Shown here in pieces: positions 20,431-29,431 of a stretch of DNA of 64,000 bases. This DNA is from an uncultured Pseudomonadota bacterium. GTDB lineage: Bacteria > Desulfobacterota > Binatia > Binatales > Binataceae. The stretch is taken from NCBI GenBank assembly GCA_963795945.1, contig CAWCJN010000004.1, positions 117,680 to 181,679 of the forward strand, written 5' to 3'. A model generated the notes under the pieces. It was not told where the DNA came from. It did not search any database and was given only the letters and a program-made list of their open reading frames with translations. The position numbers were made by a program, and so were the translations under genes. The number at the start of each line of letters is the position of its first letter. Position 1 is the first letter of the stretch.

Positions 20431-20715
20431 GCCGTCGCGGCGCACCGCGCTCCGGCCGCGGAGCCAAAACTTGATCGTTTTTCGACTGCCCTCAGATCAT
20501 GAAGGGCGGTCCGAACTCGACATGAAGAGATGAATCAAAACCCGGCAGACACTAACTTACGAATAGGATACCCAAATGGGAAAGACCAACCTGACTCGGG
20601 CGATTCCGCGAGGGCGGGTCTGGCGCCGGCCCGCCGGGATGACCGGGGCGGCGCCGGTCCAGCGCACGGTTGAACTGTTGCGCGAGGTGCGGGGGTAACC
20701 GATAATACCGCAGAT

Positions 20716-21528
20716 TTGGTATCTACCTTTCGAGAGCAGTCCGAATTCTCAGTAATCTATCTATGGCAGCCGCACGGTCATAAGAAGACGGCCTTCAACT
20801 TCGCGGTGCGCGAGGCTCGCGGTACGTTATTTTCGACTCTCGATAGCGATGACGAATGTGTGCCAACGGCGCTTGAACGATTCTGGTGGCATTGGAACAA
20901 TATTCCAATCGCGGAGCGTGCCCATTTTTCAGCGGTAACCGCGCTGTGCGCTTATGCGGACGGCAGCATTGTTGGAAAGCGGTTTCCGGCGCCAGAATGG
21001 CTTGACTCTGATTCGATTGAGCTCGTGCACCGATGGAAAATGTCCGGAGACAAATGGGGATTCCAGTGCACCGACGTGATGCGACGATTTCCTTTTCCAG
21101 AAAATATCGATGGCTTCGTGCCTGAAGGCGTTGTATGGACGCAGATCTCGCTTCATTACAAAACGCGATTTATCAACGAGGTCCTTCTTACGGTTCATCA
21201 AAGTCCTGACGGGCTCACGCGATCATCCGGCCCACGAAAACAATCTGCGCGCGGCACTGCTTACTGGATGGACTCGACATTTCGCTATGAGGCGCAGTAT
21301 TTCCATTACAATCCAAAATGGTTTGTCAGGTGTGCGATCAATTTCACCCGGTTTCACTTGCATTGTAGCGATTCTCCCCTCCGCAAGGCGTTCGATTTTC
21401 CAAAGACGACAATGGCTCTGCTGCTCGCAATGTATCCGCTCGGGTGCTTAGCTTATCTTGTCGATAAAGGCCGTGAACAGTTAAGGTCGTTACAGTTCTT
21501 AAATCGTACTGAAACTGCTAAGGTTTAG
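20716..21528 (+). pseudogene. 5'-truncated family-2 glycosyltransferase
   Basis: Carries the GT2 motif region NFAVREARGTLFSTLDSDDE (the DxD-type acidic motif) but lacks the first roughly 80 aa of a GT2 fold. The ORF begins about 250 nt downstream of the IS3 remnant. Confidence 0.5.
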
Positions 21529-22173
21529 AGACTACCAATTTTTCACTATTTATAAGTACAGTCTCAGACGACGGTGACCTACTCTACAAATTTAGACTGT
21601 GACCTGCCGTGAAAGCATACCGACCCGTGCAGCTGATTTTGCCTTGGTACAGGTTTTCTCGCTCGGTGGATAATACTAGGATAGATGACTACTAACGGTT
21701 CAGTAGTTATGTAGCTCACTGGATGTGTCATTACAAATTTCTATCAATGATCCAGATGTAACGAGACCACCTTCACTGGCCGAAAGCATCGCCTGGATTA
21801 TCGTCTTACCTAAGCGGTTACAACTTTTGCATCAATGTAGAGGTCAAATACAAGGCCGTAACCGCAACTCTTCTGACCATTTTTCCAAAATTCCCGCAGA
21901 ATGGTCTGTAGCCCGTTTTTTGTCTAGCAGCTCTATATCAACCGTTTACATATCTATTAGCTATAGCGCTTGTGGGCAATTTTCGTACAGACGCCGCTCA
22001 AGGCAGCTATCAAAGCGGGAGGTAATCCCGTCCCTAGTAAAAATCTCTTCAACGATAGCACGTGACAGCTGAGCAGTATTATGAGAACCGGAATTAATCA
22101 AGGGTAGTCGCAGTTGCGATAAACTATCGGAATACGCAAGATTTGCCCTGAGACTCATCTCGAGGAGGACCTT

Positions 22174-22536
22174 ATGCCGATCTACGAATATGAATGCGGC
22201 CAATGTCATCGCCGCACCAGTATTTTAACGTTACGAGTCAGTGAAAACGCCGAGGCAGTTTGCGACAAATGCGGAAGCAAAGAAATGCATCGCCTGATGT
22301 CGCGCTTCGCGATGCCGCGCAGTGAAGAAGCTCGGATGGATCGACTGGCAGACCCGTCCAATTTCAGCGGCCTCGACGAGAACGATCCCAAAAGCCTCGC
22401 GCGGGCAATGCGCAAGATGGGTCGCGAGATGGGCGATGAGTTTGGCGGGGATGATTTCGACGACGCGATCAATGAACTGGAGAGCGGCGGTGATCTCGGC
22501 GGCGATGACGATGGTAATGGGGACGAAGATTTTTAG
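22174..22536 (+). CDS. FmdB-family zinc-ribbon protein with acidic C-terminal tail
   Basis: MPIYEYECGQCHRRT...CDKCGS is the characteristic FmdB N-terminus, with two CxxC pairs. The C-terminal third is Asp/Gly-rich (GGDDFDD...GGDDDGNGDEDF). Confidence 0.7.
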   Translation: MPIYEYECGQCHRRTSILTLRVSENAEAVCDKCGSKEMHRLMSRFAMPRSEEARMDRLADPSNFSGLDENDPKSLARAMRKMGREMGDEFGGDDFDDAINELESGGDLGGDDDGNGDEDF

Positions 22537-22622
22537 CTCGAAGAACCAAAGAAACGCATCCGTGGGCGTATCGTAAGATCGGGGTCGGAACCTTAAGTGA
22601 CGAACATGCAGGGAGGGAGTTC

Positions 22623-22889
22623 ATGAGCAGGAAAACGCTTTTCTTTGGGCTATCGACGGCACTCGTAGGAATGGCGCTCGGGGCCGCCGGGACGATCGCA
22701 CTGGCGAAGCAGGGGCACATGGAGGAAGCCTACCATCATTTACAGGGCGCGAAGGAAGAATTGCAGAAAGCCGACCATGATAAGGGAGGCCATCGCGACA
22801 AGGCGCTCGAACTGGTCAATCGAGCAATGGCGGAGGTGCAGACCGGGATGCAATTCGCCCACAATCATCCCGAAAATGATCAGCACTGA
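22623..22889 (+). CDS. small secreted His-rich hypothetical protein
   Basis: 88 aa with an N-terminal signal-like hydrophobic stretch. Ten His in the mature part include HHLQ, HDKGGH and HNHPENDQH. No family was recognised. Confidence 0.4.
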   Translation: MSRKTLFFGLSTALVGMALGAAGTIALAKQGHMEEAYHHLQGAKEELQKADHDKGGHRDKALELVNRAMAEVQTGMQFAHNHPENDQH

Positions 22890-23058
22890 TTAGCCTTCTT
22901 TTCCAACCAAACCTAGCGACGGGCTGCGCTTCCCATCGGGTGCGGCAGCAGGTGTCTTCGTCCTGCGCCGCGTCGATGCGAGACGCCCTCGCATTTGCAT
23001 ATTTTCGTTAGATCGGACCATAAAGAGGACTTCCCGTGGGGAGTGGAGGGTTTATACA

Positions 23059-23818
23059 TGCCGGGGATTCTACAAGGTAAAGTCGCGCTTATAATGGGCG
23101 GAGGCTGGGAATTGGGCGCGCCACTGCTATCCAGATGGCGAAAGAAGGCGCGAAAATCATGATCGCCGATTATGTCCCGGAAGGCGCTCAGCGAGTAGTC
23201 ACGACGATCAAAGACGCCGGCGGCGCGGCGAGCTCTGTGGCGGCGGATGTTTCAGTTGGCAAGCAAGTCGAGATGGCGGTTAACAAGACGGTCGAAACCT
23301 ACGGGCGACTCGATTGTGCCTTCAACAACGCCGGTATCGAGGGAACGATTGCCGAGACTATCGAATACCCGGAAGACAGCTTCGATCGGACGATCGCGAT
23401 CAATTTGAAAGGCGTCTGGTTGGGCATGAAATACGAGATCGCGCAGATGCTCAAAAATGGCGGTGGCGCGATCGTCAACACAGCATCGACGCTGGGCCTC
23501 GTGGCGCTCGAAGGAGCGTCGGCGTATAACGCGGCGAAACATGGGGTGGTCGGACTGACCAAGACGGCCGCGCTCGAATTCGCACAAAAGAATATCCGGG
23601 TGAATTGCGTCTGTCCGGGATTCATTCGCACTGCGATGGTTGAACGCGCAATGGACAAAGGCGCAGTCGCCGAAGAGCAGATGATCGCAATCGAGCCGAT
23701 CGGGCGGCTCGGCAAGCCCGAAGAAATCGCGGCAGGTGTGGTCTGGCTGTTCTCGGATGCGGCTTCGTTCGTGACCGGACATTCACTCACGATCGATGGC
23801 GGCTGGACCGCGCGCTGA
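23059..23818 (+). pseudogene. SDR-family oxidoreductase, tandem copy 1, 1-nt deletion in the cofactor-binding motif
   Basis: From ATG 23059 the reading is MPGILQGKVALIMGGGWELGAPLLSRWRKKARKS*. Restoring one nucleotide near 23106 (ggctggg to ggctcggg) gives [26 protein letters not shown], matching copies 2 and 4. The supplied ORF (23135-23818) is the remainder, starting at an internal Met. Confidence 0.6.
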
Positions 23819-23960
23819 TACTAGTGGAGGCGCACTGCGCGCCAGAGCGAGCAAGCGAGTCTTACTTATGCGCGGCTCGCAGACTCGCTCGCCTTCGCAA
23901 ACGAAGTCTGATGGAGCTGCGTAAAACCTTTAGATAAAAACTTAGTCGGGGAGCGGAAAC

Positions 23961-24722
23961 ATGGCGGGACAATTGGACGGCAAAGTAGCGCTGGTAACTG
24001 GCGGCGGGTCGGGAATCGGGCGGGCCACCTCGCTGCTGCTGGCAAAAGAAGGCGCAAAGATCATGATTGCAGATTACGTGCCGGAGGGAGCTGAAAAGAC
24101 GGTCAAGATGATCAAGGACGCCGGCGGTATAGCGAGCTGTCTCGCTGCTGACGTATCGGTCACCAAACAAGTCCAGATGATGGTCAACAAGACCGTCGAG
24201 ACTTTCGGGCGGCTTGATTGCGCCTACAACAACGCAGGCATCGAGGGCAAGTTCTCGGATACCGTGCAGTGTACCGAGGAGAACTTCGACCGCGTGATCG
24301 CGATTGATCTGAAGGCAGTCTGGCTCTGCATGAAGTACGAAATTCCGCAGATGCTCAAGCAGGGCGGCGGCACGATCGTTAATACTGCGTCGATCGCCGG
24401 GTTGCTCGGCTTCAATGGCATACCGGCCTACGTTGCAGCCAAGCACGGCGTGGTCGGCCTGACGAGAACCGCGGCACTCGAATACGCGACGAAGAACATT
24501 CGCGTAAACTGCGTCTGCCCGGGAGTAATTCGCACTCCAATGGTCGAGCGGGCAATCGATGGCGGCGGCTTCACCGAGGCGGAAGTCACCGCAGCCGAAC
24601 CGATCGGGCGTTTGGGTAAACCCGAGGAGATCGCCGCGGGAGTGCTGTGGTTGCTGTCAGATGCGTCCTCATTCGTTACCGGTCATCCGCTGACGATCGA
24701 CGGCGGCTGGGCGGCTCGCTAA
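23961..24722 (+). CDS. SDR-family oxidoreductase (FabG-like), tandem copy 2
   Basis: Carries [10 protein letters not shown], NNAG, the catalytic S...Y...K pattern (YVAAKHG), and a PG motif. Confidence 0.85.
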   Translation: [253 protein letters not shown]

Positions 24723-24749
24723 ATCCAGTAACTCCGCGAGGCGAAAATC

Positions 24750-25509
24750 ATGGCGGGACAATTAGACGGAAAAGTCGTGCTCGTGACTGGTGGCGGTTCA
24801 GGGATTGGGCGCGCCACTTCGCTCTTGCTGGCGAAAGCCGACGCGAAGGTGATGATCGCCGACTACGTTCCGGAGAGCGCCGAGCGCACGGTCAAGATGA
24901 TCAAGGAAGCCGGCGGAACGGCGAGCTGTATTGGCGCTGACGTTTCGGTTCCAAAGCAGGTGGAGGCGATGGTGGCCAAAACCGTCGAGACCTATGGCCG
25001 CCTCGATGGAGCGTTCAATAATGCCGGGATCGAAGGCGCGATGCGTCGACACGGTCGAGATCCCGAAGAAGTTTTTGACCGCGTCACCGCGATCAACCTC
25101 AAGGGCGTCTGGCTCTGCATGAAATACGAGATTCCGCAGATGCTTAAGACCGGCGGCGTCGATCGTCAACACGGCGTCTGCGGCGGGATTAGTTGGTGTG
25201 CCGATGCTCTCGGCCTACAACGCCTCTAAACACGGCGTCGTCGGGCTGACGAAAACCGCCGCGCTGGAATATGCCCAAAAGAATATCCGCGTCAATTGCG
25301 TCTGCCCGGGACTGATCAACACGCCGATGGTCGCGCGCATGATCGATAGCGGCGGGATGAACGAGCAGGAGTTCGTTGCGTCTGAACCGGTCAAACGGAT
25401 GGGCCAGCCGCACGAAATCGGCGCGGGCGTCGTCTGGCTGCTCTCTGACGCGGCCTCGTTTGTAACCGGTCATTCGATGTCAATCGATGGCGGTTTCATA
25501 GCTCAATAG
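24750..25509 (+). pseudogene. SDR-family oxidoreductase, tandem copy 3, 1-nt insertion mid-gene (ORFs 24750-25229 and 25198-25509)
   Basis: The first ORF ends ...MLKTGGVDRQHGVCGG*. Dropping one t near 25159 restores ...[35 protein letters not shown]..., collinear with copies 2 and 4. Confidence 0.6.
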
Positions 25510-25544
25510 CCACCACGCATTTTGAACACCAATCGGGGAGAAAA

Positions 25545-26309
25545 ATGGCAGGACAACTGGACGGCAAGGTAATTCTGGTGACGGGCGGCGGCTCGGGCAT
25601 CGGCCGCGCGACTTCGCTCAGGCTGGCGCAGGAAGGCGCGAAAATCATGATCGCGGATTACGTTCCTGCTGGGGCCGAGCAGACCGTCAAGATGATCAAA
25701 GAGGCCGGCGGTACGGCGAGCTGCCTCGCCGCTGACGTCTCGATCACCAAGCAGGTCGAGATGATGATCGCCAAGACCGTCGAGACCTATGGGCGCATCG
25801 ACGGGGCGTACAATAACGCCGGCGTCGAAGGCAAAATGGGCACTGATACCGCCACCTCTGACGAGGCCAACTTCGACCGTACCATCGCGATCAATCTCAA
25901 AGGTGTCTGGCTCTGCATGAAATACGAGATCCCACAGATGCTGAAGCAGGGCGGTGGCGCCATCGTCAACACCGCGTCAATCGCTGGCCTGGTTGGATTC
26001 GAGGGCAACTCTGCGTATAACGCTTCCAAGCATGGAGTGATCGGCCTGACCAAAACTGCGGCGCTGGAATACGCGCAAAAGAATATACGCGTCAATTGCG
26101 TTTGCCCAGGCGTGATCAATACGCCGATGGTTGCTCGAATCGTGGATAATGGAATGATGAATGAGAACGATCTCGCGGCGGGTGAGCCGATCGGCCGCAT
26201 GGGTCAGCCACGCGAGATCGGCGAAGGCGTGGTCTGGCTGCTATCTGACGCCTCATCGTTCGTGACCGGTCATTCACTGGTGATCGACGGAGGGTGGATC
26301 GCGCGCTGA
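25545..26309 (+). CDS. SDR-family oxidoreductase, tandem copy 4
   Basis: Same motifs as copy 2. Roughly 75-80% identical to the other copies by eye. Confidence 0.85.
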   Translation: [254 protein letters not shown]

Positions 26310-26489
26310 CCCGATCACGCCTGTCACGCTTTGTTTAAGATTCCGGACGCGACTCCATCAGGTTTTCGCTAGCGAGGCCAAGCGGGCGAGTCTCCGAGCC
26401 CCATAGCCAGTCAGACTCGCCTGCTCGTGCCGCGCGGCAGCCGCGTTCGGCTGACTCGGATCCTTGACGCAGCTTGAAGACTCGCCCCG

Positions 26490-26966
26490 CTACTGTTCCA
26501 TCAGCACGGTTGCGGCGGCGGCCATGCCGTCGCCGCGACCGAGTGCGCCGAGACCCTCAGGATTTGAGGCTTTGAGATTGACGAGTTCTTCTGGAACACC
26601 AAGCGCGCTCGCGAGCCGCGTGCGCATTGCCGGCAGGTGAGGCGCCAGCTTCGGGCGCTGCGCAAAGATTGTCACGTCAGCATTGCCGAGTCGCCAGCCC
26701 TTATCGACGGCGTGCTGCCAAACTGTCACGAGCAACTGGATACTGTCGGCGTCCTTATATCGAGGATCATGGTCTGGGAAGTGACGACCAAGATCGCCCG
26801 CGCCGATCGCGCCGAGAATCGCATTGGCCAATGCATGCGCCGCGACGTCAGCGTCGGAATGGCCGCGTAGCCCGTGCGTATGCTCGATCACCACACCGCC
26901 AAGTACCAATCGGCGGCCGGGTTCGAGTGGATGAAAATCGAAGCCCTGCCCTATTCGAAAGCGCAT
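26490..26966 (-). CDS. ispF: 2-C-methyl-D-erythritol 2,4-cyclodiphosphate synthase
   Basis: 158 aa. MRFRIGQGFDFHPLEPGRRLVLGGVVIEHTHGLRGHSDADVAAHAL carries the IspF zinc-ligand pattern D.H...H. Confidence 0.9.
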   Translation of the reverse strand: MRFRIGQGFDFHPLEPGRRLVLGGVVIEHTHGLRGHSDADVAAHALANAILGAIGAGDLGRHFPDHDPRYKDADSIQLLVTVWQHAVDKGWRLGNADVTIFAQRPKLAPHLPAMRTRLASALGVPEELVNLKASNPEGLGALGRGDGMAAAATVLMEQ

Positions 26967-27020
26967 TGGTTGAGTTCAGCTCGTTGACAAGCGCTCGCGC
27001 GCCTTTCAAGCTCTAGAACC

Positions 27021-27299
27021 ATGCTGGAGTTCTGGAAACGTCCCAAATTCTGGATCGGCTTGATCATCATTTTATGGCTCATCTACGTACTAAGCGGTAA
27101 CCTGGAGCAGTCGGTTACAATTTTTGTTGTTCCGATTTTTCTTCACCCCATGGTGCGAGTTTCCGCAGTCGTCGGAGCTTCTATCCTGACAGGATGCTTA
27201 TTGACCCTGCTGGTTCAATTCTCCTGGCGGAGGCGCGCCTCGAAGTACGCTGCGGCATCGGTCGCCGCGGCTGAGTCGAGCAGCAACACGGTCGCTTGA
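27021..27299 (+). CDS. small two-TM membrane protein (LapA/DUF1049-like?), overlaps the moeA 3' end
   Basis: 92 aa with two hydrophobic helices (WIGLIIILWLIYVL and VVGASILTGCLLTLLV). It converges on moeA and overlaps it by about 85 nt, so it may be spurious. Confidence 0.3.
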   Translation: MLEFWKRPKFWIGLIIILWLIYVLSGNLEQSVTIFVVPIFLHPMVRVSAVVGASILTGCLLTLLVQFSWRRRASKYAAASVAAAESSSNTVA

Positions 27300-28477
27300 T
27301 CTCCGGCGCGCAGCAGATTGATACTAGCCGGCCCGATCAGCAACGCATCCGCGCGCCCGAGCGAGCTCAGTACGCCTGAGCCTTGGTTGCCGGTCGAGAC
27401 GGCAGACCAACTCCCCTCGCGTCTTTCCAGCTTTACCCGGATAAATTCAGTGAGTCCGTTAGCGATTTTGATATCGGAGGCGCATCGGACTCTCATTCGC
27501 GGGAGCCCAAGATCATGCCGCCCTGCCATCTTGCGCAGCGCCGGGCGCACGTAGAGATAAAAGCAAACCATCGTCGAAACCGGATTACCGGGTAGTCCGA
27601 AGACCGGCTTGCCGGCAATTGTGCCGAACTTGAGCGGACGACCCGGTTTTTGTGCAACTCCGTGAAAGAGCTGATGCAGGCCCAATTCGTCCATCACCTG
27701 CTTCACATAATCAAATTGACCCACCGAGACGCCGCCTGTAGATAGTACGACGTCGAAGGCCAGCGCTTCAGAAAAGCGTGAGCGAACTTCCATTGGATGG
27801 TCTCGCGCGACTTTGAGAATTGTGGCTTTCGCGCCGGGTTCCATAATCGCGGCGGCAAGCGCATAGGCGCTGGAATTTACTACCTGAGCACCGGCCGGAA
27901 CCTGATCGATATCGACCAGCTCGTCGCCGGTGGCGACGATCGCGACGCGGGGACGCCGATATACATCGACCATCGAGCGATTCAGCGAGGCGAGCATCCC
28001 AATGTCCGCCGCGCTCAGCACTGTGTCTGGCGCAATAACGAGTTCGCCGCAGCGGAGGTCTTCACCGCACGGGCGGACGAAAGCGCCCGGCTCCGCCGGA
28101 GCGAGAATCTCGACCGTATCGCTCGTGCTGCGCGTGCGTTCGACCGGCACGATCGCGTCCGCGCCGGCAGCGAGTGGCGCGCCGGTCATCGTGCGGATAG
28201 CGTCACCTGGATTGAGTATTCTAGACGGCATCACTCCCGCACCGACCGTTTCGAGAACTCTCAGGCGTATCGGATTACTCTCGCTGGCGGTGATAATGTC
28301 AGCGGCACGGACGGCAAATCCATCCATCGCGGAGTTGTCAAAACCGGGGATATCACGCGGAGAACGGATTTCTTCAGCGAGCACCCGGGCAAGGGCCTGA
28401 ACGATTGGAATGCGCTCGACCGCCAAAGGAGCAACAGCCTCAAGCACCATCCCGAGAGCTTCATCAACGCTAACCAT
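27215..28477 (-). CDS. moeA: molybdopterin molybdotransferase
   Basis: Carries PGFDNSAMDGFAVRA and the MoeA C-terminal barrel. The start is taken at the internal Met (MVSVDEALGMVLEA...) that aligns with MoeA N-termini. Confidence 0.85.
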   Translation of the reverse strand: MVSVDEALGMVLEAVAPLAVERIPIVQALARVLAEEIRSPRDIPGFDNSAMDGFAVRAADIITASESNPIRLRVLETVGAGVMPSRILNPGDAIRTMTGAPLAAGADAIVPVERTRSTSDTVEILAPAEPGAFVRPCGEDLRCGELVIAPDTVLSAADIGMLASLNRSMVDVYRRPRVAIVATGDELVDIDQVPAGAQVVNSSAYALAAAIMEPGAKATILKVARDHPMEVRSRFSEALAFDVVLSTGGVSVGQFDYVKQVMDELGLHQLFHGVAQKPGRPLKFGTIAGKPVFGLPGNPVSTMVCFYLYVRPALRKMAGRHDLGLPRMRVRCASDIKIANGLTEFIRVKLERREGSWSAVSTGNQGSGVLSSLGRADALLIGPASINLLRAGDQATVLLLDSAAATDAAAYFEARLRQEN

Positions 28478-28618
28478 ATCGCAAGCATACGCCGCGCATA
28501 TCTCGATGGAAAATCTTTCTGAAGCGTCGCTATTGAGGCAGCTGTAATCCTTGAATTTTCGCGTGAAAGAACGTAGCGATTCTGGCAGGTCAAACACTGG
28601 ACGTCAGGAGACGAAACA

Positions 28619-29404
28619 ATGGATTTACGCCTTGCAGGAAAGACGGCGATAGTGCTGGGCGGCAGTAAGGGACTTGGACGAGGAGTCGCACAGGCGCTCG
28701 CGGCGGAAGGCGTTGCGGTTTCAATTCTGGCGCGTGGCCAAGAGGCGATCGACAAGACGGTAGCAGAGATCAATCAGAATGATGGTCGAGCGACCGGCGT
28801 GGCGGCTGATCTGGCGAACTGGAAGAGTATCGAGCGAGCGGTTGATGAGACGCGGCGGCAACTCGGTCCGATTGACATTCTGCTCAATAATTCGGGAGGA
28901 CCTCCGCCCTCCCCGGTTTTGGGTGTCGCTCCGGAGCTCTGGGAGGCTCAGTTCCACCAAATGGTTCTAGCGCTATTCCGCCTGACCGATCTGATCATCC
29001 CCGATATGAAGGCACGGAAGTGGGGACGCGTTATCAACGTGGCTTCGGAGTCAGTGGTGCAGCCAATCGCCGCGATCGGGATTTCGAGCACTTTGCGCGG
29101 AGCGGTCGTTGGATGGGCCAAAACGCTCGCCGGCGAGGTCGCGCGCGACGGGATTACGGTGAATACGCTCCTGCCGGGACCTTTCGCCACCGACCGCGTC
29201 GCGCAGGTCGCACGAGCGCGGGCGCAGCAGCAGAACATCAGCATCGAAGAGGTCAGTAAGCGGGTCGCAAATCAGGTTCCAGTCGGGCGGATTGGTGACC
29301 CGGCGGAGTTCGGCGCGGTAGCGGCGTTCCTCGCGAGTCCGCTCGCTGGCTATATCACGGGATCGATGATTCGGGTTGAGGGGGGAACGATTCGGTCGAT
29401 TTAG
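28619..29404 (+). CDS. SDR-family oxidoreductase (distinct from the tandem array)
   Basis: Carries LGGSKGLGRGVAQAL, NNSG and the YxxxK region. Confidence 0.8.
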   Translation: MDLRLAGKTAIVLGGSKGLGRGVAQALAAEGVAVSILARGQEAIDKTVAEINQNDGRATGVAADLANWKSIERAVDETRRQLGPIDILLNNSGGPPPSPVLGVAPELWEAQFHQMVLALFRLTDLIIPDMKARKWGRVINVASESVVQPIAAIGISSTLRGAVVGWAKTLAGEVARDGITVNTLLPGPFATDRVAQVARARAQQQNISIEEVSKRVANQVPVGRIGDPAEFGAVAAFLASPLAGYITGSMIRVEGGTIRSI

Positions 29405-29431
29405 GCTTGGATCAGGTCTTGTACTAAAAAT

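Larger units (their letters stand above)
23059..26309 (+). repeat. tandem array of four SDR paralogs
   Basis: Four collinear genes of about 760 bp with conserved start context (GGAGxxAAxATGGC[AG]GGACAA[CT]TGGACGG). Confidence 0.8.

Noticed and set aside
23252-26200. Long antisense ORFs across the SDR array (23252-23782, 23299-23790, 23862-24446, 24798-25172, 25787-26200)
   Set aside because: They mirror the sense SDR genes in a high-GC region, which is typical of antisense ORF artefacts.
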